Origin: Alphaproteobacteria bacterium | GTDB taxonomy: Bacteria; Pseudomonadota; Alphaproteobacteria; CAAHEQ01; UBA3637 | DNA: 64,000 bases | Assembly: GCA_045655105.1 (NCBI GenBank) | Contig: JAZOOQ010000056.1 | Coordinates: 75,389 to 139,388, forward strand | Direction: 5' to 3' | Shown: positions 36,269-46,722 of the stretch, piece by piece | How the letters are laid out: each line of letters begins with the position of its first letter | Numbering within the stretch: position 1 is the stretch's first letter | Position numbers and translations under genes: made by a program | The notes under the pieces: model-generated | What the model saw: the letters and a program-made list of their open reading frames with translations, nothing else | The model's database searches: none | Told to the model about the DNA's origin: nothing

Positions 36269-37276
36269 TTACCACCGTGGAATATTGATATTTTCAGATT
36301 GCAATGAAGGTGTTTGTGTTTCAGTTGGTGTTGGCATAATTTCTTCATAATAAACTTCATTTTCGCTTTGCCAAACAGGATAAGCTTCTTGCCCAGACAT
36401 CACATGATTTGCTGGAATTTGTTGCACTTGAGGTAATTGATATGTGTCTGGTAAAATAACCTCTGCTGATCCTTGTGTTGGATAAAAATCATTCGTGGTT
36501 TGAGTTTCAACATATGGAATATATGTTTGAGGTTGTTGTTGATAAGAATGATTTATCGGTTCTAAATTTGTTGACACATAAGAATTTGCTTGTTCCATAA
36601 TAGGTTGAGCTTGCTGAACAGGTTGAGGCTGTTGAACAGGTGGTTGCGGTTGCTGAACAGGTTGAACTGGCGCATTTTGAGTTGGTGCTTGAGTTGCATA
36701 GTTTTGTGTTTGAGTATTGGGTGTTGAATAAAATGGCGCTGGTTGAGTCGGTGTTTGAGCAACAGGAGCTGCCTGTGGGACCATTGGAGTCGGATAAGCA
36801 AAAGGAGCCATTTGAGGCAAAACAATTGTTTGAAAGAAAGGTGAACCACCGCCATTGCCATTTGGTGCAGCTTGCAAAATTTGAGGCATAATATTCGAAC
36901 TTGCTTGAGGTAAAACAACAGGAGGTGGCGTGGTTTGTGCTGGAGCAACCGGTGTTTGTTGGATTGGTTGCTGAGGTTGAGTAACTGGAGGAGGGGGTGT
37001 TTGAGCAGGAGCTACCTGTGGTTGTTGAGCGGTTACGGGTTGCACAGCTGGAGGAGGGGTTTGTTGTGGAGTGACCACAGATGGAGATTTAATAGCTGCT
37101 AAAATTTCTTCTAAAATAGAGCGATCATCATCTTTTTTTTGTTCTTCAACAATAGTGATTTCTTCTTTTGGAGGCATTAATTCGCTTTGAATAAATGCAT
37201 CAGATTCTGGCTTTTGAGTTGGCATACAAGCAGACAAAAAAGCAAAACTTAATAAAAAATATAAACGACTATTCAT
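36269..37276 (-). CDS. Pro/Gln-rich lipoprotein, unknown function
   Basis: Lipobox FLSAC, then a low-complexity region of about 200 aa (TPPPAVQPVTAQQPQVAPAQTPPPPVTQPQQP ... PVQQPQPPVQQPQPVQQAQP). Its stop abuts the comM start (TAAATG). Confidence 0.6.
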   Translation of the reverse strand: MNSRLYFLLSFAFLSACMPTQKPESDAFIQSELMPPKEEITIVEEQKKDDDRSILEEILAAIKSPSVVTPQQTPPPAVQPVTAQQPQVAPAQTPPPPVTQPQQPIQQTPVAPAQTTPPPVVLPQASSNIMPQILQAAPNGNGGGSPFFQTIVLPQMAPFAYPTPMVPQAAPVAQTPTQPAPFYSTPNTQTQNYATQAPTQNAPVQPVQQPQPPVQQPQPVQQAQPIMEQANSYVSTNLEPINHSYQQQPQTYIPYVETQTTNDFYPTQGSAEVILPDTYQLPQVQQIPANHVMSGQEAYPVWQSENEVYYEEIMPTPTETQTPSLQSENINIPRW

Positions 37277-37366
37277 GGTCCCCACCTCTAAATAAATTGT
37301 TCATTTCTTTAAGCGAGTATATCAAAAACTTTTTTAAAAGGAAAGACTTTTTTTCTTTTTTTTATA

Positions 37367-38635
37367 TTAATTTTTTGATTTGATTCGTTTAATTTTAGCT
37401 CCCAATTTTGAAAGTTTTTTCTCTAATTGATAATACCCTCTATCAATATGATAAATGCGTTTGACGATGGTTTCCCCTTTTGCAATTAAAGCAGCTAAAA
37501 CAAGGGAAACACCGCCTCTTAAATCAGAAGACATAACTTGCGCGCCGCTTAAATTTTTAACGCCCGTGATTAAGATGGCATTATTATTTAAAACAGTTAT
37601 ATTAGCGCCCATTCGTTTTAATTCTGGGATATGCATGAATCTGTTTTCAAAAATTCTTTCTTCAATTAAGCTCATTCCTGGTGCTAAAGAAAGAAGAGTT
37701 GATAAAGGGGCTTGGGCATCTGTTGGAAAACCTGGATATTCTGAGGTTGTTAACGAAGTTGCTTTTAAAGAGGCTTTTGTTGCATCAACTAAAATACCAT
37801 TTTTATCTTCTTTAAAAATAATATTAGATGGACGTAATGCATCCACAATGGCATTCATTAAATTTATTTTGGCGCCTTTTAAAAATATTTTTCCTTTTGT
37901 GAGTGCAGCGGCAACTGCAAATGTGGCCGCTTCAATTCTATCGGCAACAACTTCATGGCTTGTTCCATGCAATTCTTCAACGCCTTCAATGGTTAAAACT
38001 TTTGTTCCAATGCCTGAAATTTTTGCACCCATTTTAACTAAAATATCAATTAAATCCATTACTTCTGGTTCAAGTGCGGGATTATGAATGGTTGTTGTTC
38101 CTTTGGTTAAAACAGCTGCCATGATGGTGTTATGTGTTGCGCCAACAGAAACTTTAGGGAAGAAGATATTGGCTCCATGTAATGGACCTTTAGCGCAAAC
38201 ATATCCATTTTCAACTTTAATATCAGCCCCCATTTCTTTAAGGGCATTTAAATATAAATCAACAGGTCGTGTTCCAATAGCGCACCCACCTGGAAGAGAA
38301 ACTTCAGCTTCGCCAAAACGAGCCAATAATGGACCTAAAACCCAAAAAGAGGCACGCATTTTTGAAACAAAATTATAGTCGGCATGAAAATTTGTTATTT
38401 TATCAGCAGTTAAAGTCATTGAAGATTTTTTTGCTTTTATTTTCATTCCCATACTTTTAAGAAGATCTGATAAAGTGTTCACATCAGAAAGATAAGAAAT
38501 GTTTGAAAGTGTTACCGGTTCTTTTGTTAAAAGTGCGGCAATCATAATTGGAAGAATGGCATTTTTTGCACCATTAATTTCCACTTCACCTTTTAATTGG
38601 CACCCACCTTGAATTTTAAATGCATACATTTTCAA
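37367..38635 (-). CDS. murA: UDP-N-acetylglucosamine 1-carboxyvinyltransferase
   Basis: 422 aa. GAKNAILPIMIAALL, active-site loop LPGGCAIGTRPVDL, C-terminal HIDRGY. Confidence 0.95.
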   Translation of the reverse strand: MKMYAFKIQGGCQLKGEVEINGAKNAILPIMIAALLTKEPVTLSNISYLSDVNTLSDLLKSMGMKIKAKKSSMTLTADKITNFHADYNFVSKMRASFWVLGPLLARFGEAEVSLPGGCAIGTRPVDLYLNALKEMGADIKVENGYVCAKGPLHGANIFFPKVSVGATHNTIMAAVLTKGTTTIHNPALEPEVMDLIDILVKMGAKISGIGTKVLTIEGVEELHGTSHEVVADRIEAATFAVAAALTKGKIFLKGAKINLMNAIVDALRPSNIIFKEDKNGILVDATKASLKATSLTTSEYPGFPTDAQAPLSTLLSLAPGMSLIEERIFENRFMHIPELKRMGANITVLNNNAILITGVKNLSGAQVMSSDLRGGVSLVLAALIAKGETIVKRIYHIDRGYYQLEKKLSKLGAKIKRIKSKN

Positions 38636-38656
38636 ATCTCCTTTTTAAGAAGTTTT

Positions 38657-38815
38657 TTATTTTTTTTCGCGTTCTTCTTTTTGTTTTTTTCTAAGCTGAA
38701 TATTTTTTTGAAGCTCACGCGCTTGTTTTAAAAATTTTTCAGCTTGTTTTTGGGATAAATTTAAATTTTCTTTAATTGTTTGAATTAGTTTATCATCTTT
38801 TTCAATTGTTGTCAT
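38657..38815 (-). CDS. small Lys/Glu-rich coiled-coil protein, unknown function
   Basis: 52 aa from ATG 38815 (MTTIEKDDKLIQ ... KKQKEEREKK), wedged between dtd and murA on the same strand. The track ORF start overlapping dtd is rejected. Confidence 0.4.
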   Translation of the reverse strand: MTTIEKDDKLIQTIKENLNLSQKQAEKFLKQARELQKNIQLRKKQKEEREKK

Positions 38816-38819
38816 TTTT

Positions 38820-39257
38820 TTAGCTTTCCAAAATAAAAGTTGCAGGACCACTATTTTTAATTTCAACAAGCATATCGGCACCAAAAACGCCTGTTTGAGT
38901 TGGGATATTTTTATCTTTTAAAAGTTGAACAAATTGATCAAATAAAAGATGGGCTTGTTCGGGATTTCCTGCTTTTGTGAACGAAGGGCGGCGTCCATGA
39001 GAACAATCTGCTAAAAGAGTGAACTGAGAAACGGCTAAAATCGAGCCATTTACATCTAAAATAGATTTATTCATTTTGCCATTTTCATCTTCAAAAATGC
39101 GCAAAACAGAAACTTTTTCTGCCATTTTTGAGATTGTTTCAGTTGTATCTGTTTCTTCGATGCCAACTAATAAACAAAATCCCATTTGGCAAGAGCCCAC
39201 TTCTTGATTTTCAACATGAACTTTGCTGGATAAAACGCGTTGTAAAACAATTTTCAT
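38820..39257 (-). CDS. dtd: D-aminoacyl-tRNA deacylase
   Basis: 145 aa. MKIVLQRV ..., SQFTLLAD, NSGPATFILES (Dtd SQFTL and N-x-GP-x-T motifs). Confidence 0.9.
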   Translation of the reverse strand: MKIVLQRVLSSKVHVENQEVGSCQMGFCLLVGIEETDTTETISKMAEKVSVLRIFEDENGKMNKSILDVNGSILAVSQFTLLADCSHGRRPSFTKAGNPEQAHLLFDQFVQLLKDKNIPTQTGVFGADMLVEIKNSGPATFILES

Positions 39258-39371
39258 TTTTAACCTCTTTATTGCTTATAAAGGTATGTTTTTTTTCTTT
39301 TAAAGTCAAGAAAAATCTTCTTTTTAAAAAGGGTGATTTAATTGGAATTTATCTTTATTTTTTGCCATTAT

Positions 39372-39408
39372 TTTAAATAAAAAAGGCAATCTTGAATGAT
39401 TGCCTTTT
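39372..39408 (-). terminator. rho-independent terminator
   Basis: 11-bp stem aaaaggcaatc (39381-39391) / gattgcctttt (39398-39408). A T-run follows on the minus strand. Confidence 0.6.
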
Positions 39409-39417
39409 AAAAAGATT

Positions 39418-40176
39418 TTATCTTGATCTTGAATGGTTTTGCCCTGAGAAAAATTTTGCTCTTTGAGCTTCCAAAATTTTTGCTTTTTCAATTGTTTCTT
39501 GATAATCAACGGTTCTTGAAAGGCTTCTTTTATGTCTAAATAATTCGCTGACAATATAAAGAGGAACAATTGGTCTTAATATTGGATTTGATTTATTTTG
39601 TGAGCAATTATCTGTTTGTTGGTGACGGCTGGTTAATAAATAAAGCGTTCCAGTTGAATTCGTTGCTTCAATTAAATTTGCAATAATTTCTGCATTTTCA
39701 CTAAAATTACCGGTCGGTGTTAAAAAAGAGCTATTTAAACAAACAGAAGCAAATGTTGGTTGAATGGAATTATTAATATAATTTGCAACATTTAAAAGAG
39801 TTTCTTGATCTGAAGTATAAGCTGAAGAATTAAAAAATTGAGCTTGAGAAACAAGAGATTCTCCTCTTAAATGAGCACTTCTATTAATGCAAGAAACTGT
39901 ATCTTTATAAATGCCTACGCTTCTATCTTTTCCTAAAGCTAAAACAGGTTTATCATGTAATAACCCTTTTTCTAAAATAGCAAAGTGTGGGGATTGTTCT
40001 TCTTCATTAGAAATACCGTTTGATGTGATAAGAACAATATTTTTTCCTCCATCTTTTTGATGATTTATTAAGGCTCTTTCAATAAATGTACCCGTTTTGC
40101 TTTTACCTTCTGTTACACCAAAAAATTCAGCAATATTTAAAACGAGTTCGCTAAGGCTTGAAAATTTTTTTGTCAT
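39418..40176 (-). CDS. hypothetical soluble protein (monocistronic orphan)
   Basis: 252-aa ORF with its own terminator. No signal peptide or TM segment and no motif I recognise. Confidence 0.5.
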   Translation of the reverse strand: MTKKFSSLSELVLNIAEFFGVTEGKSKTGTFIERALINHQKDGGKNIVLITSNGISNEEEQSPHFAILEKGLLHDKPVLALGKDRSVGIYKDTVSCINRSAHLRGESLVSQAQFFNSSAYTSDQETLLNVANYINNSIQPTFASVCLNSSFLTPTGNFSENAEIIANLIEATNSTGTLYLLTSRHQQTDNCSQNKSNPILRPIVPLYIVSELFRHKRSLSRTVDYQETIEKAKILEAQRAKFFSGQNHSRSR

Positions 40177-40250
40177 ATAAAATCCTTTACGTTAAAACTA
40201 TGAGGGCATTTTAACATAAAAAAGATTGTTTGTCAAATATTTTATAAATA

Positions 40251-41633
40251 TTAACAAGTTAAAACGTTTGTGGCTAAACCACCTAATGAAGTTTCTTTAT
40301 ATTTTTTATTAAGATGTTTGCCTGTTTCATACATGGTTTTAATCACATTATCAAGGCTAACAAGATGTTCTCCATCACCTCTTAAGGCAAGTCGAGCCGC
40401 ATTAACGGCTTTTGTTGCCCCCATGGCATTTCGCTCAATACAAGGGATTTGAACCAATCCTGCAATAGGATCGCAGGTTAAACCTAAATTATGTTCCATG
40501 GCAATTTCTGCAGCATTTTCAATTTGTTCTGGTGTTCCGCCCATAGCAGCAGTTAACCCAGCTGCAGCCATTGAGCAGGCAACGCCCACTTCCCCTTGGC
40601 ACCCAACTTCTGCACCAGAAATAGAGGCATTTGTGCGATAAAGTGAACAAATGGCAGAAGCGGTTAATAAAAAGATGCCGATGCCAATTTCTTTTTGAAA
40701 AGGGGATTTAAGAGATGAAAATCTTTCATAATATCTTAAAACTGAAGGCATAATGCCAGCCGAACCCATTGTTGGAGCGGTTACAATTTTTCCGCCACAA
40801 GCATTTTCTTCTGATACAGCAAAAGCCCATAAGTTAATCCAATCAATCACCATCAATGGATCGGAATTATTTTGGATGAAATTTTCTTTTAGGCGTTTAT
40901 AAATTCTAGGAGCTCTTCGTTGAATATTTAATCCTCCTGGAAGTTCACCTTTATGGTGGATACCTGCCTCAATGGATTCATCCATAACTTTATAAATTTT
41001 TCCAATGCCTTCTCTGATTTCATTAAACGAACGCAAGGCTTCTTCATTTTTCATAACAATTTGATCAATTGTCATGTTATGTTTTTTTGTTAAGGCAATT
41101 AATTCATCACATGTATCAAAGGGATAGGGGACAAATATCTTTTTTTGTTCAGTTGTTTTATTGATGTTAGCTTGTTTTTTAATTGTTCCGCCCCCGATTG
41201 AAAAATATGTTTCTTCAAATACAATCCTGTTTTTGCTATCATAGGCAGTGAATTTCATTCCATTGGAATGTTCTTTTAAAAAGATTTTCTTTTCTAAAAT
41301 AATATCTGAATCCATATCAAAAGAAATTTGTTTTTGATTTCCTAGGTTCAATATTTTTTCATTTTTAATTTTTTCAAGCGGATTTAAACTTAAATCAATT
41401 GTTTCTGCTTCAAAACCAGCTAATCCATAAACACAAGCATTTAAAGTGCCATGTCCAACACCTGTTAATGCTAAAGACCCATAAAGGGTAACAATCACTT
41501 TATTGACATTTGAAATTTTATTTTGTTCAATCAAAGTGTCGCTAAATTCTTTGGCTGCACGCATTGGACCAACTGTATGTGAACTTGAAGGGCCAATTCC
41601 AATTGAAAAGACATCAAAAAATGAATGATACAT
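40251..41633 (-). CDS. sdaA: L-serine ammonia-lyase (Fe-S dependent, single chain)
   Basis: 460 aa. [23 protein letters not shown]-terminus and conserved C-terminal alpha domain with Cys ligands. Confidence 0.9.
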   Translation of the reverse strand: MYHSFFDVFSIGIGPSSSHTVGPMRAAKEFSDTLIEQNKISNVNKVIVTLYGSLALTGVGHGTLNACVYGLAGFEAETIDLSLNPLEKIKNEKILNLGNQKQISFDMDSDIILEKKIFLKEHSNGMKFTAYDSKNRIVFEETYFSIGGGTIKKQANINKTTEQKKIFVPYPFDTCDELIALTKKHNMTIDQIVMKNEEALRSFNEIREGIGKIYKVMDESIEAGIHHKGELPGGLNIQRRAPRIYKRLKENFIQNNSDPLMVIDWINLWAFAVSEENACGGKIVTAPTMGSAGIMPSVLRYYERFSSLKSPFQKEIGIGIFLLTASAICSLYRTNASISGAEVGCQGEVGVACSMAAAGLTAAMGGTPEQIENAAEIAMEHNLGLTCDPIAGLVQIPCIERNAMGATKAVNAARLALRGDGEHLVSLDNVIKTMYETGKHLNKKYKETSLGGLATNVLTC

Positions 41634-41645
41634 GTGTTCTCCTTT

Positions 41646-43427
41646 TTAGCCGTTATGTTTAAATTGGGCTTGATATAAAGCAAAATAGGCATTTTGCTTT
41701 TCAAGTAATTCTTTATGTGTGCCACTTTCAATGATTTCACCAGAGTTAATGACGATAATTTTATCAGCATTTTGAACCGTTGATAAACGATGAGCAATCA
41801 CAATAACCGTTCTATCTTTCATTAAGTTGTCGATGGCTTGTTGAACAATAGCTTCAGATTTGTTATCAAGAGCGGATGTTGCTTCATCTAAAATAACAAT
41901 TGGTGCATTTTTAAGGAAGGCTCTAGCAATAGCAATACGTTGTTTTTGTCCACCAGAAAGCAGAACGCCTCGTTCCCCAATTTCTGTATCTAATCCATTT
42001 TCAAGAGAGCTGATAAATTCATCTAAACAAGCCATTTTAATTGCTTTTTCAACTTCTTTTTTTGTTGCAGTTGGTTTGCCAAGCATAATATTATCTTTAA
42101 TTGTTCCTGAAAATAAGAAGTTATCTTGAAATACAACAGCAATTTGATCTCGAAGACTGCTTAGTGAAATATCTTTAACATTTAAACCATCAATTAAAAT
42201 TTCTCCACTGTTAACATCATAAAATCTTGGAATTAAATTTACAACGGTTGTTTTTCCGCCACCAGAATTACCAACAAGAGCAACAGTTTCTCCTTTTTTA
42301 ATGGTTAAATTGATATTTTTTAAAATTTGTTTTTCTTCTGTATATGAAAAGTCAACATTTTTAAATTCGATTTCATTTTTAAGAGCGGGCATTTCTTTTG
42401 CTTTTTTGTTTTCTTGAATTTGAACTTTCATGTCAATCATTTCAAAAACACGTTCAATAGCCATTAAAGAAAGTTGAACAGCATTAAAGTTTTTGCCAAT
42501 ATTTTTAATAGGTGTGTAAAGCATAAGCATAGCAGTGATAAAAGCAACAAAGTCACCAGCAGAAATTGTTTTGCTTTTAATTAAATAGCTTCCATACCAA
42601 ATGGCTGCAGCCATACCAATGGCAATAATGATATGCATCACAGGGGAAAGCCAGGCTGTGCGTTGAGTATTTTTAATTGAAAGTTTGAAACTTTGGGTTA
42701 AAATACCAAAAAATTTATCCCTTTGATGATTATGTAAATTATAAGATTTAATGGTTTTGTTTCCTGCATATGTTTCATTAAATGCCGTTAAAACTTGCCC
42801 GTTTACAACAACACTTTGAGCAACAATTTTTTTGATTTTTTTTCTGATTTTTGTAACTGGATATAAAGCAGATCCTAACACAACGATGGCAATAATTGCC
42901 AGTTGCCAAGATGTGTAAAGTAAAACACCAATGAGAGTGAGAGAAGAGAAAATTCTGGTTGTGAATGTTTTAACATTATTTAATAATCCAGAACAAGCTG
43001 TATTCGCATCTGCGTCAAAACGAGTGACGATAAGGCCTGAAGAAACGCTATCTAAAAAAGAGGTATCTAAAACCAAAAGTTTTTCATATAACTTTTTTTT
43101 CATTTCTTGAGTGATTTTTCCACCCGTCCATGCGCTTAAGTAAGCTGAAGCATATTCAAGAGCTGATTGAAATAAAGTGAAAAGAATGATAAAAATAGGA
43201 ATCACATAAAGCGGTAAATTAAAAGGAGTTTCCCCATTTTGTGAAACAACAACTGTGTCCATAAATGGTTTTAAGGCTAAAGCAATAACCGCATCTAACG
43301 CACCAATTGGTAAGGTGATGAGTGTGGCTAATAAACATCTGAACCAATAAGGTTTAACCAAAGGCCACATACGTTGATATGCTTCAACGAGATTAACTTT
43401 TTTAATTTCCGGTTTTTTTGCCATCAT
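41646..43427 (-). CDS. MsbA-like ABC exporter, paralog 2
   Basis: 593 aa. Same motifs as paralog 1 (GNSGGGKTT, LSGGQKQR, ILDEATSALD). 69 of 99 residues are identical to paralog 1 in the N-terminal stretch I aligned by eye. Confidence 0.9.
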   Translation of the reverse strand: MMAKKPEIKKVNLVEAYQRMWPLVKPYWFRCLLATLITLPIGALDAVIALALKPFMDTVVVSQNGETPFNLPLYVIPIFIILFTLFQSALEYASAYLSAWTGGKITQEMKKKLYEKLLVLDTSFLDSVSSGLIVTRFDADANTACSGLLNNVKTFTTRIFSSLTLIGVLLYTSWQLAIIAIVVLGSALYPVTKIRKKIKKIVAQSVVVNGQVLTAFNETYAGNKTIKSYNLHNHQRDKFFGILTQSFKLSIKNTQRTAWLSPVMHIIIAIGMAAAIWYGSYLIKSKTISAGDFVAFITAMLMLYTPIKNIGKNFNAVQLSLMAIERVFEMIDMKVQIQENKKAKEMPALKNEIEFKNVDFSYTEEKQILKNINLTIKKGETVALVGNSGGGKTTVVNLIPRFYDVNSGEILIDGLNVKDISLSSLRDQIAVVFQDNFLFSGTIKDNIMLGKPTATKKEVEKAIKMACLDEFISSLENGLDTEIGERGVLLSGGQKQRIAIARAFLKNAPIVILDEATSALDNKSEAIVQQAIDNLMKDRTVIVIAHRLSTVQNADKIIVINSGEIIESGTHKELLEKQNAYFALYQAQFKHNG

Positions 43428-43436
43428 AAGCTCCGT

Positions 43437-44081
43437 TTATAAGTTTGATTGAATAAATGATATAATATGATTTAAATGTAATTGACTGATAGAATGAGGG
43501 GCAAATGGATCAATAATTTCAGTTGTATGAAATCCACTGTTTTCAAAAAGAGGTTTTGTTCGTTTTGCTGCTTGTTCAGGAATAACTGTATCCATTTCTC
43601 CTCGTGTAATTAAAACATTTGGTTTTTGAGCCAAAGAAGGAATATTGTATGGTGGAACAGGAGACATTAAAATCAGCCCAGCAAATTTTTCTGTTTCATT
43701 AAAAATGGTTTGAGCAGCCATTAATCCACCTTGTGAAAAACCGCCGATAAATATATCTTTATTTTTTAACCCAGTTTGTTTTTTTATAGAGTTAATGTAT
43801 CCTTGTGTTAAATGAATTTTTTCATTGGCTCGTTGGCTTAAAATATCTAAATAATTTTCATCCAAAGCAGGTTTTTGAAAATAATCATCTAGACTGAACC
43901 ATTCATAACCAGCTCCAAAAGTTGGTGTTGGTGCATCAGGCATAAAAAAAGCCATAGACGGGAAAGAATTTTTAAAAAAAGGGGTGAGGGAATATAAGTC
44001 ATTGCCATCTGCTCCATACCCATGAAATAAAATGAGTGCTTTTTGAACATCATTTGGAACAAATGAAGGGCCATCTAACAT
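43437..44081 (-). CDS. phospholipase/carboxylesterase-family alpha/beta hydrolase
   Basis: 214 aa. ILFHGYGADGNDL, nucleophile elbow GFSQGG, C-terminal Asp/His region. Confidence 0.75.
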   Translation of the reverse strand: MLDGPSFVPNDVQKALILFHGYGADGNDLYSLTPFFKNSFPSMAFFMPDAPTPTFGAGYEWFSLDDYFQKPALDENYLDILSQRANEKIHLTQGYINSIKKQTGLKNKDIFIGGFSQGGLMAAQTIFNETEKFAGLILMSPVPPYNIPSLAQKPNVLITRGEMDTVIPEQAAKRTKPLFENSGFHTTEIIDPFAPHSISQLHLNHIISFIQSNL

Positions 44082-44181
44082 GAAATTCTCCTTGAAAGAA
44101 TGTTTTTTTTGTGTTAAACAAAGAATACACTATAAGATGTTTTTTATAATCGGATTATAAAGTTTTTAAGGATAAAAAGCA

Positions 44182-44625
44182 ATGAAAAAAAACAACTTGA
44201 TTTCTTTTTGTGTATTAGTCAGTTTTTTTGTTTCAAGTTCCGTATTTGCTGGAGGAAGGACTTTAAAGGGTGTTTCAGAAACGGAACAGTTGGGTATTTC
44301 GGCTGGCGTTGCGTTGGCATGCAAAGTGGATATGGAAAAACTTAAAAATTATGAAATGATTGCAAGCAGAATTATTGCAAATCCACTTAAAAGTGAAAAA
44401 GCAGAAAAAGAAGCTTTGCATCTTTACGCGCAAGCAAAATTAAAAGCTTTTGCTGAACAAAAAAAACAAAAATTGATGAATTGCGTTGAAGTATTAGAGC
44501 GTTTTGAGGAACAAGATATTTTTAATTCAGTTGTTTATCGAGATGGAACAATTAAATTACCAAATGGAAAGATTTTAAAACCTAAACGCCCTTTAGCGGT
44601 TTCTAAAGATAAAAAGAAAAAATAA
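44182..44625 (+). CDS. small secreted protein, unknown function
   Basis: 147 aa. Signal peptide MKKNNLISFCVLVSFFVSSSVFAG, Lys-rich C-terminus. Confidence 0.5.
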   Translation: MKKNNLISFCVLVSFFVSSSVFAGGRTLKGVSETEQLGISAGVALACKVDMEKLKNYEMIASRIIANPLKSEKAEKEALHLYAQAKLKAFAEQKKQKLMNCVEVLERFEEQDIFNSVVYRDGTIKLPNGKILKPKRPLAVSKDKKKK

Positions 44626-44636
44626 AAAGGGAAAAG

Positions 44637-46721
44637 ATGCGCCCATCAATATTAAATGGTTTGTTTTTACCTGTTTCATCAATTTCAGGAATTGGTCCAA
44701 AACTCAGCGTGCTTATTGAAAAGGCCTGTGGTAAATATACACAAGATGTGTTGTTTTCAATGCCAAGTGGTGTTTTATATCGCCCCTATGTTGAAAGCAA
44801 AAATCGTTTAATTGCTGGATCGTTGGCAACGATTTTATTTGAAGTTATTTCTCATCAAAAACCATTAAAAAGATCTCAGCCATATAAAGTGAAAGGTTTG
44901 TTTGATCACCAAGAAGCTGAGTTGATTTTTTTTAATTACAATGAAAAATATTTGCAAGATCGATTAAAAGTAAATGAGAAGTATTTTATTTCCGGAAAAA
45001 TTGAATTTTTTATGGGAAAAGTTGGTGTTCTTCATCCAGATTTTATTTCAAAAATAAAAGAAGAAATTCCTGTTTTTGAACCAGTTTATCCTTTAACAGC
45101 AGGTCTTAGTGGAAAGGTGATGACTCGTGCGGTTAAGTCTGTTTTAGATGGAATTCCTGATTTGCCTGAATGGCAAGATAAAGAATTTATGAAGAAACAA
45201 GGCTTTATTGATTGGAAAAATTCTATGATAAAGGCGCATCATCCACAAAAATCATCAGATTTATTTTTAGATGATAAATTTAGAATGCGTTTGGCTTATG
45301 ATGAATTATTGGCAAATCAATTGGCGCTTTTTTTAGCACGATCCCATCATAAAAAACAAAAAGGAATTCAAATTAAGCCTATAAGATCCATTTTAAATGA
45401 TGTTCTTTCAAAATTGCCTTTTGATCTAACGGGAGCTCAAAAAAGAGTGATAGAAGAAATCAGAAATGATTTATTGTCTGAAGATAAAATGATCCGTCTT
45501 TTGCAAGGAGATGTGGGTGCTGGAAAAACGCTTGTTTCATTGGCCGCTCTTTTAATGGTTTGTGAGGGTGGTTTTCAAGGAGTTTTAATGGCTCCGACAG
45601 ATATTTTAGCAGGGCAACATTTTAATTCTTTTGAAAAAATATTGCAAGGAACCAATATTCGAATTGCTCTTTTAACAGGAAGAGAAAAAGGCAAAAAAAG
45701 AGATAAAATTTTAGAGGCTTTATTATCTGGAGAAATTGATATTTTAATCGGAACCCATGCGGTTTTTACCGAGGATGTTCAATATAAAAATTTGGCGCTT
45801 GTTGTGATTGATGAACAACATAAATTTGGGGTTCAACAACGGTTGCAATTAACAAAAAAACAAAAGGGTGTTAATTTGCTTGTGATGACAGCAACACCGA
45901 TTCCAAGAACGCTTGCGTTAACATCTTATGGAGATATGGATATTTCAATATTAGATGAAAAACCCAAAAATAGACAGCCAATTGAAACAAAGGTGATTTC
46001 TGTTGATAAGGTTTTTGATGTTATAGAAAAGTTGAATATGAAGATTAAAACAAGTGAAAAAAGAATTCAAGTTTATTGGGTTTGCCCGCTTGTTCAAGAA
46101 TCTGAAAAGTTGGATTTAATGGCCGCTGAAAAACGATTTGAAGAGCTTAAAGAAGTTTTTGGTGATCAAGTTGGCATGGTTCATGGTAAAATGAAAAGTG
46201 CAGAAAAAGATTTGGTGATGGATCGTTTTAAAAATGGTGAGTTATCTGTTCTTGTTTCAACAACGGTGATTGAAGTTGGTGTGGATGTTCCTGCGGCAAG
46301 TGTGATGGTGATTGAACATTCGGAACGTTTTGGATTAGCAGGGTTGCATCAATTACGTGGTCGAGTTGGAAGAGGATCAGAAAAGTCAGTTTGTTTATTA
46401 TTATATGGGAAACAGCTTTCTGAAACTGGTAAGGCTAGATTGAAAGTAATGCGGGAAAGTGAGAATGGTTTTGTGATTGCTGAAGAAGATTTGCGTTTAA
46501 GAGGTGCAGGCGATTTATTGGGGGTCAAACAAAGTGGTTTACCGCAATTTAAAATGGCTGATTTATCGGTTCACCAACACTTATTAAAAACAGCAGCTCA
46601 AGATGCAAAAACAATTTTATCAATAGATCCATATTTGGAATCTGAACGAGGGAAGGCCCTTCGTATTTTACTTTATTTATTTCAAAAAGATTCAGAAATT
46701 TTAACATTGAAAGCAGGATAA
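44637..46721 (+). CDS. recG: ATP-dependent DNA helicase RecG
   Basis: 694 aa. Wedge-domain N-terminus, helicase motifs GDVGAGKT, DEQHKFG, TATPIPRT, QLRGRVGRG. Confidence 0.9.
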   Translation: MRPSILNGLFLPVSSISGIGPKLSVLIEKACGKYTQDVLFSMPSGVLYRPYVESKNRLIAGSLATILFEVISHQKPLKRSQPYKVKGLFDHQEAELIFFNYNEKYLQDRLKVNEKYFISGKIEFFMGKVGVLHPDFISKIKEEIPVFEPVYPLTAGLSGKVMTRAVKSVLDGIPDLPEWQDKEFMKKQGFIDWKNSMIKAHHPQKSSDLFLDDKFRMRLAYDELLANQLALFLARSHHKKQKGIQIKPIRSILNDVLSKLPFDLTGAQKRVIEEIRNDLLSEDKMIRLLQGDVGAGKTLVSLAALLMVCEGGFQGVLMAPTDILAGQHFNSFEKILQGTNIRIALLTGREKGKKRDKILEALLSGEIDILIGTHAVFTEDVQYKNLALVVIDEQHKFGVQQRLQLTKKQKGVNLLVMTATPIPRTLALTSYGDMDISILDEKPKNRQPIETKVISVDKVFDVIEKLNMKIKTSEKRIQVYWVCPLVQESEKLDLMAAEKRFEELKEVFGDQVGMVHGKMKSAEKDLVMDRFKNGELSVLVSTTVIEVGVDVPAASVMVIEHSERFGLAGLHQLRGRVGRGSEKSVCLLLYGKQLSETGKARLKVMRESENGFVIAEEDLRLRGAGDLLGVKQSGLPQFKMADLSVHQHLLKTAAQDAKTILSIDPYLESERGKALRILLYLFQKDSEILTLKAG

Positions 46722-46722
46722 C

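Noticed and set aside
36562-36948. ORFs in other frames or strands inside the Pro/Gln-rich lipoprotein gene
   Set aside because: The repetitive CAG/CCA-type sequence keeps several frames open. Only the lipobox-containing frame has a start with an RBS and joins comM.
37455-38378. Two long plus-strand ORFs (210 and 96 aa) inside murA
   Set aside because: These are shadow ORFs opposite an unambiguous murA reading frame. No motifs are present, and they lie back to back only because stop codons are lacking in that frame.
41531-41797. 88-aa minus-strand ORF spanning the sdaA / ABC-exporter junction
   Set aside because: It overlaps the well-supported ends of two genes in a different frame. It has no independent signals.
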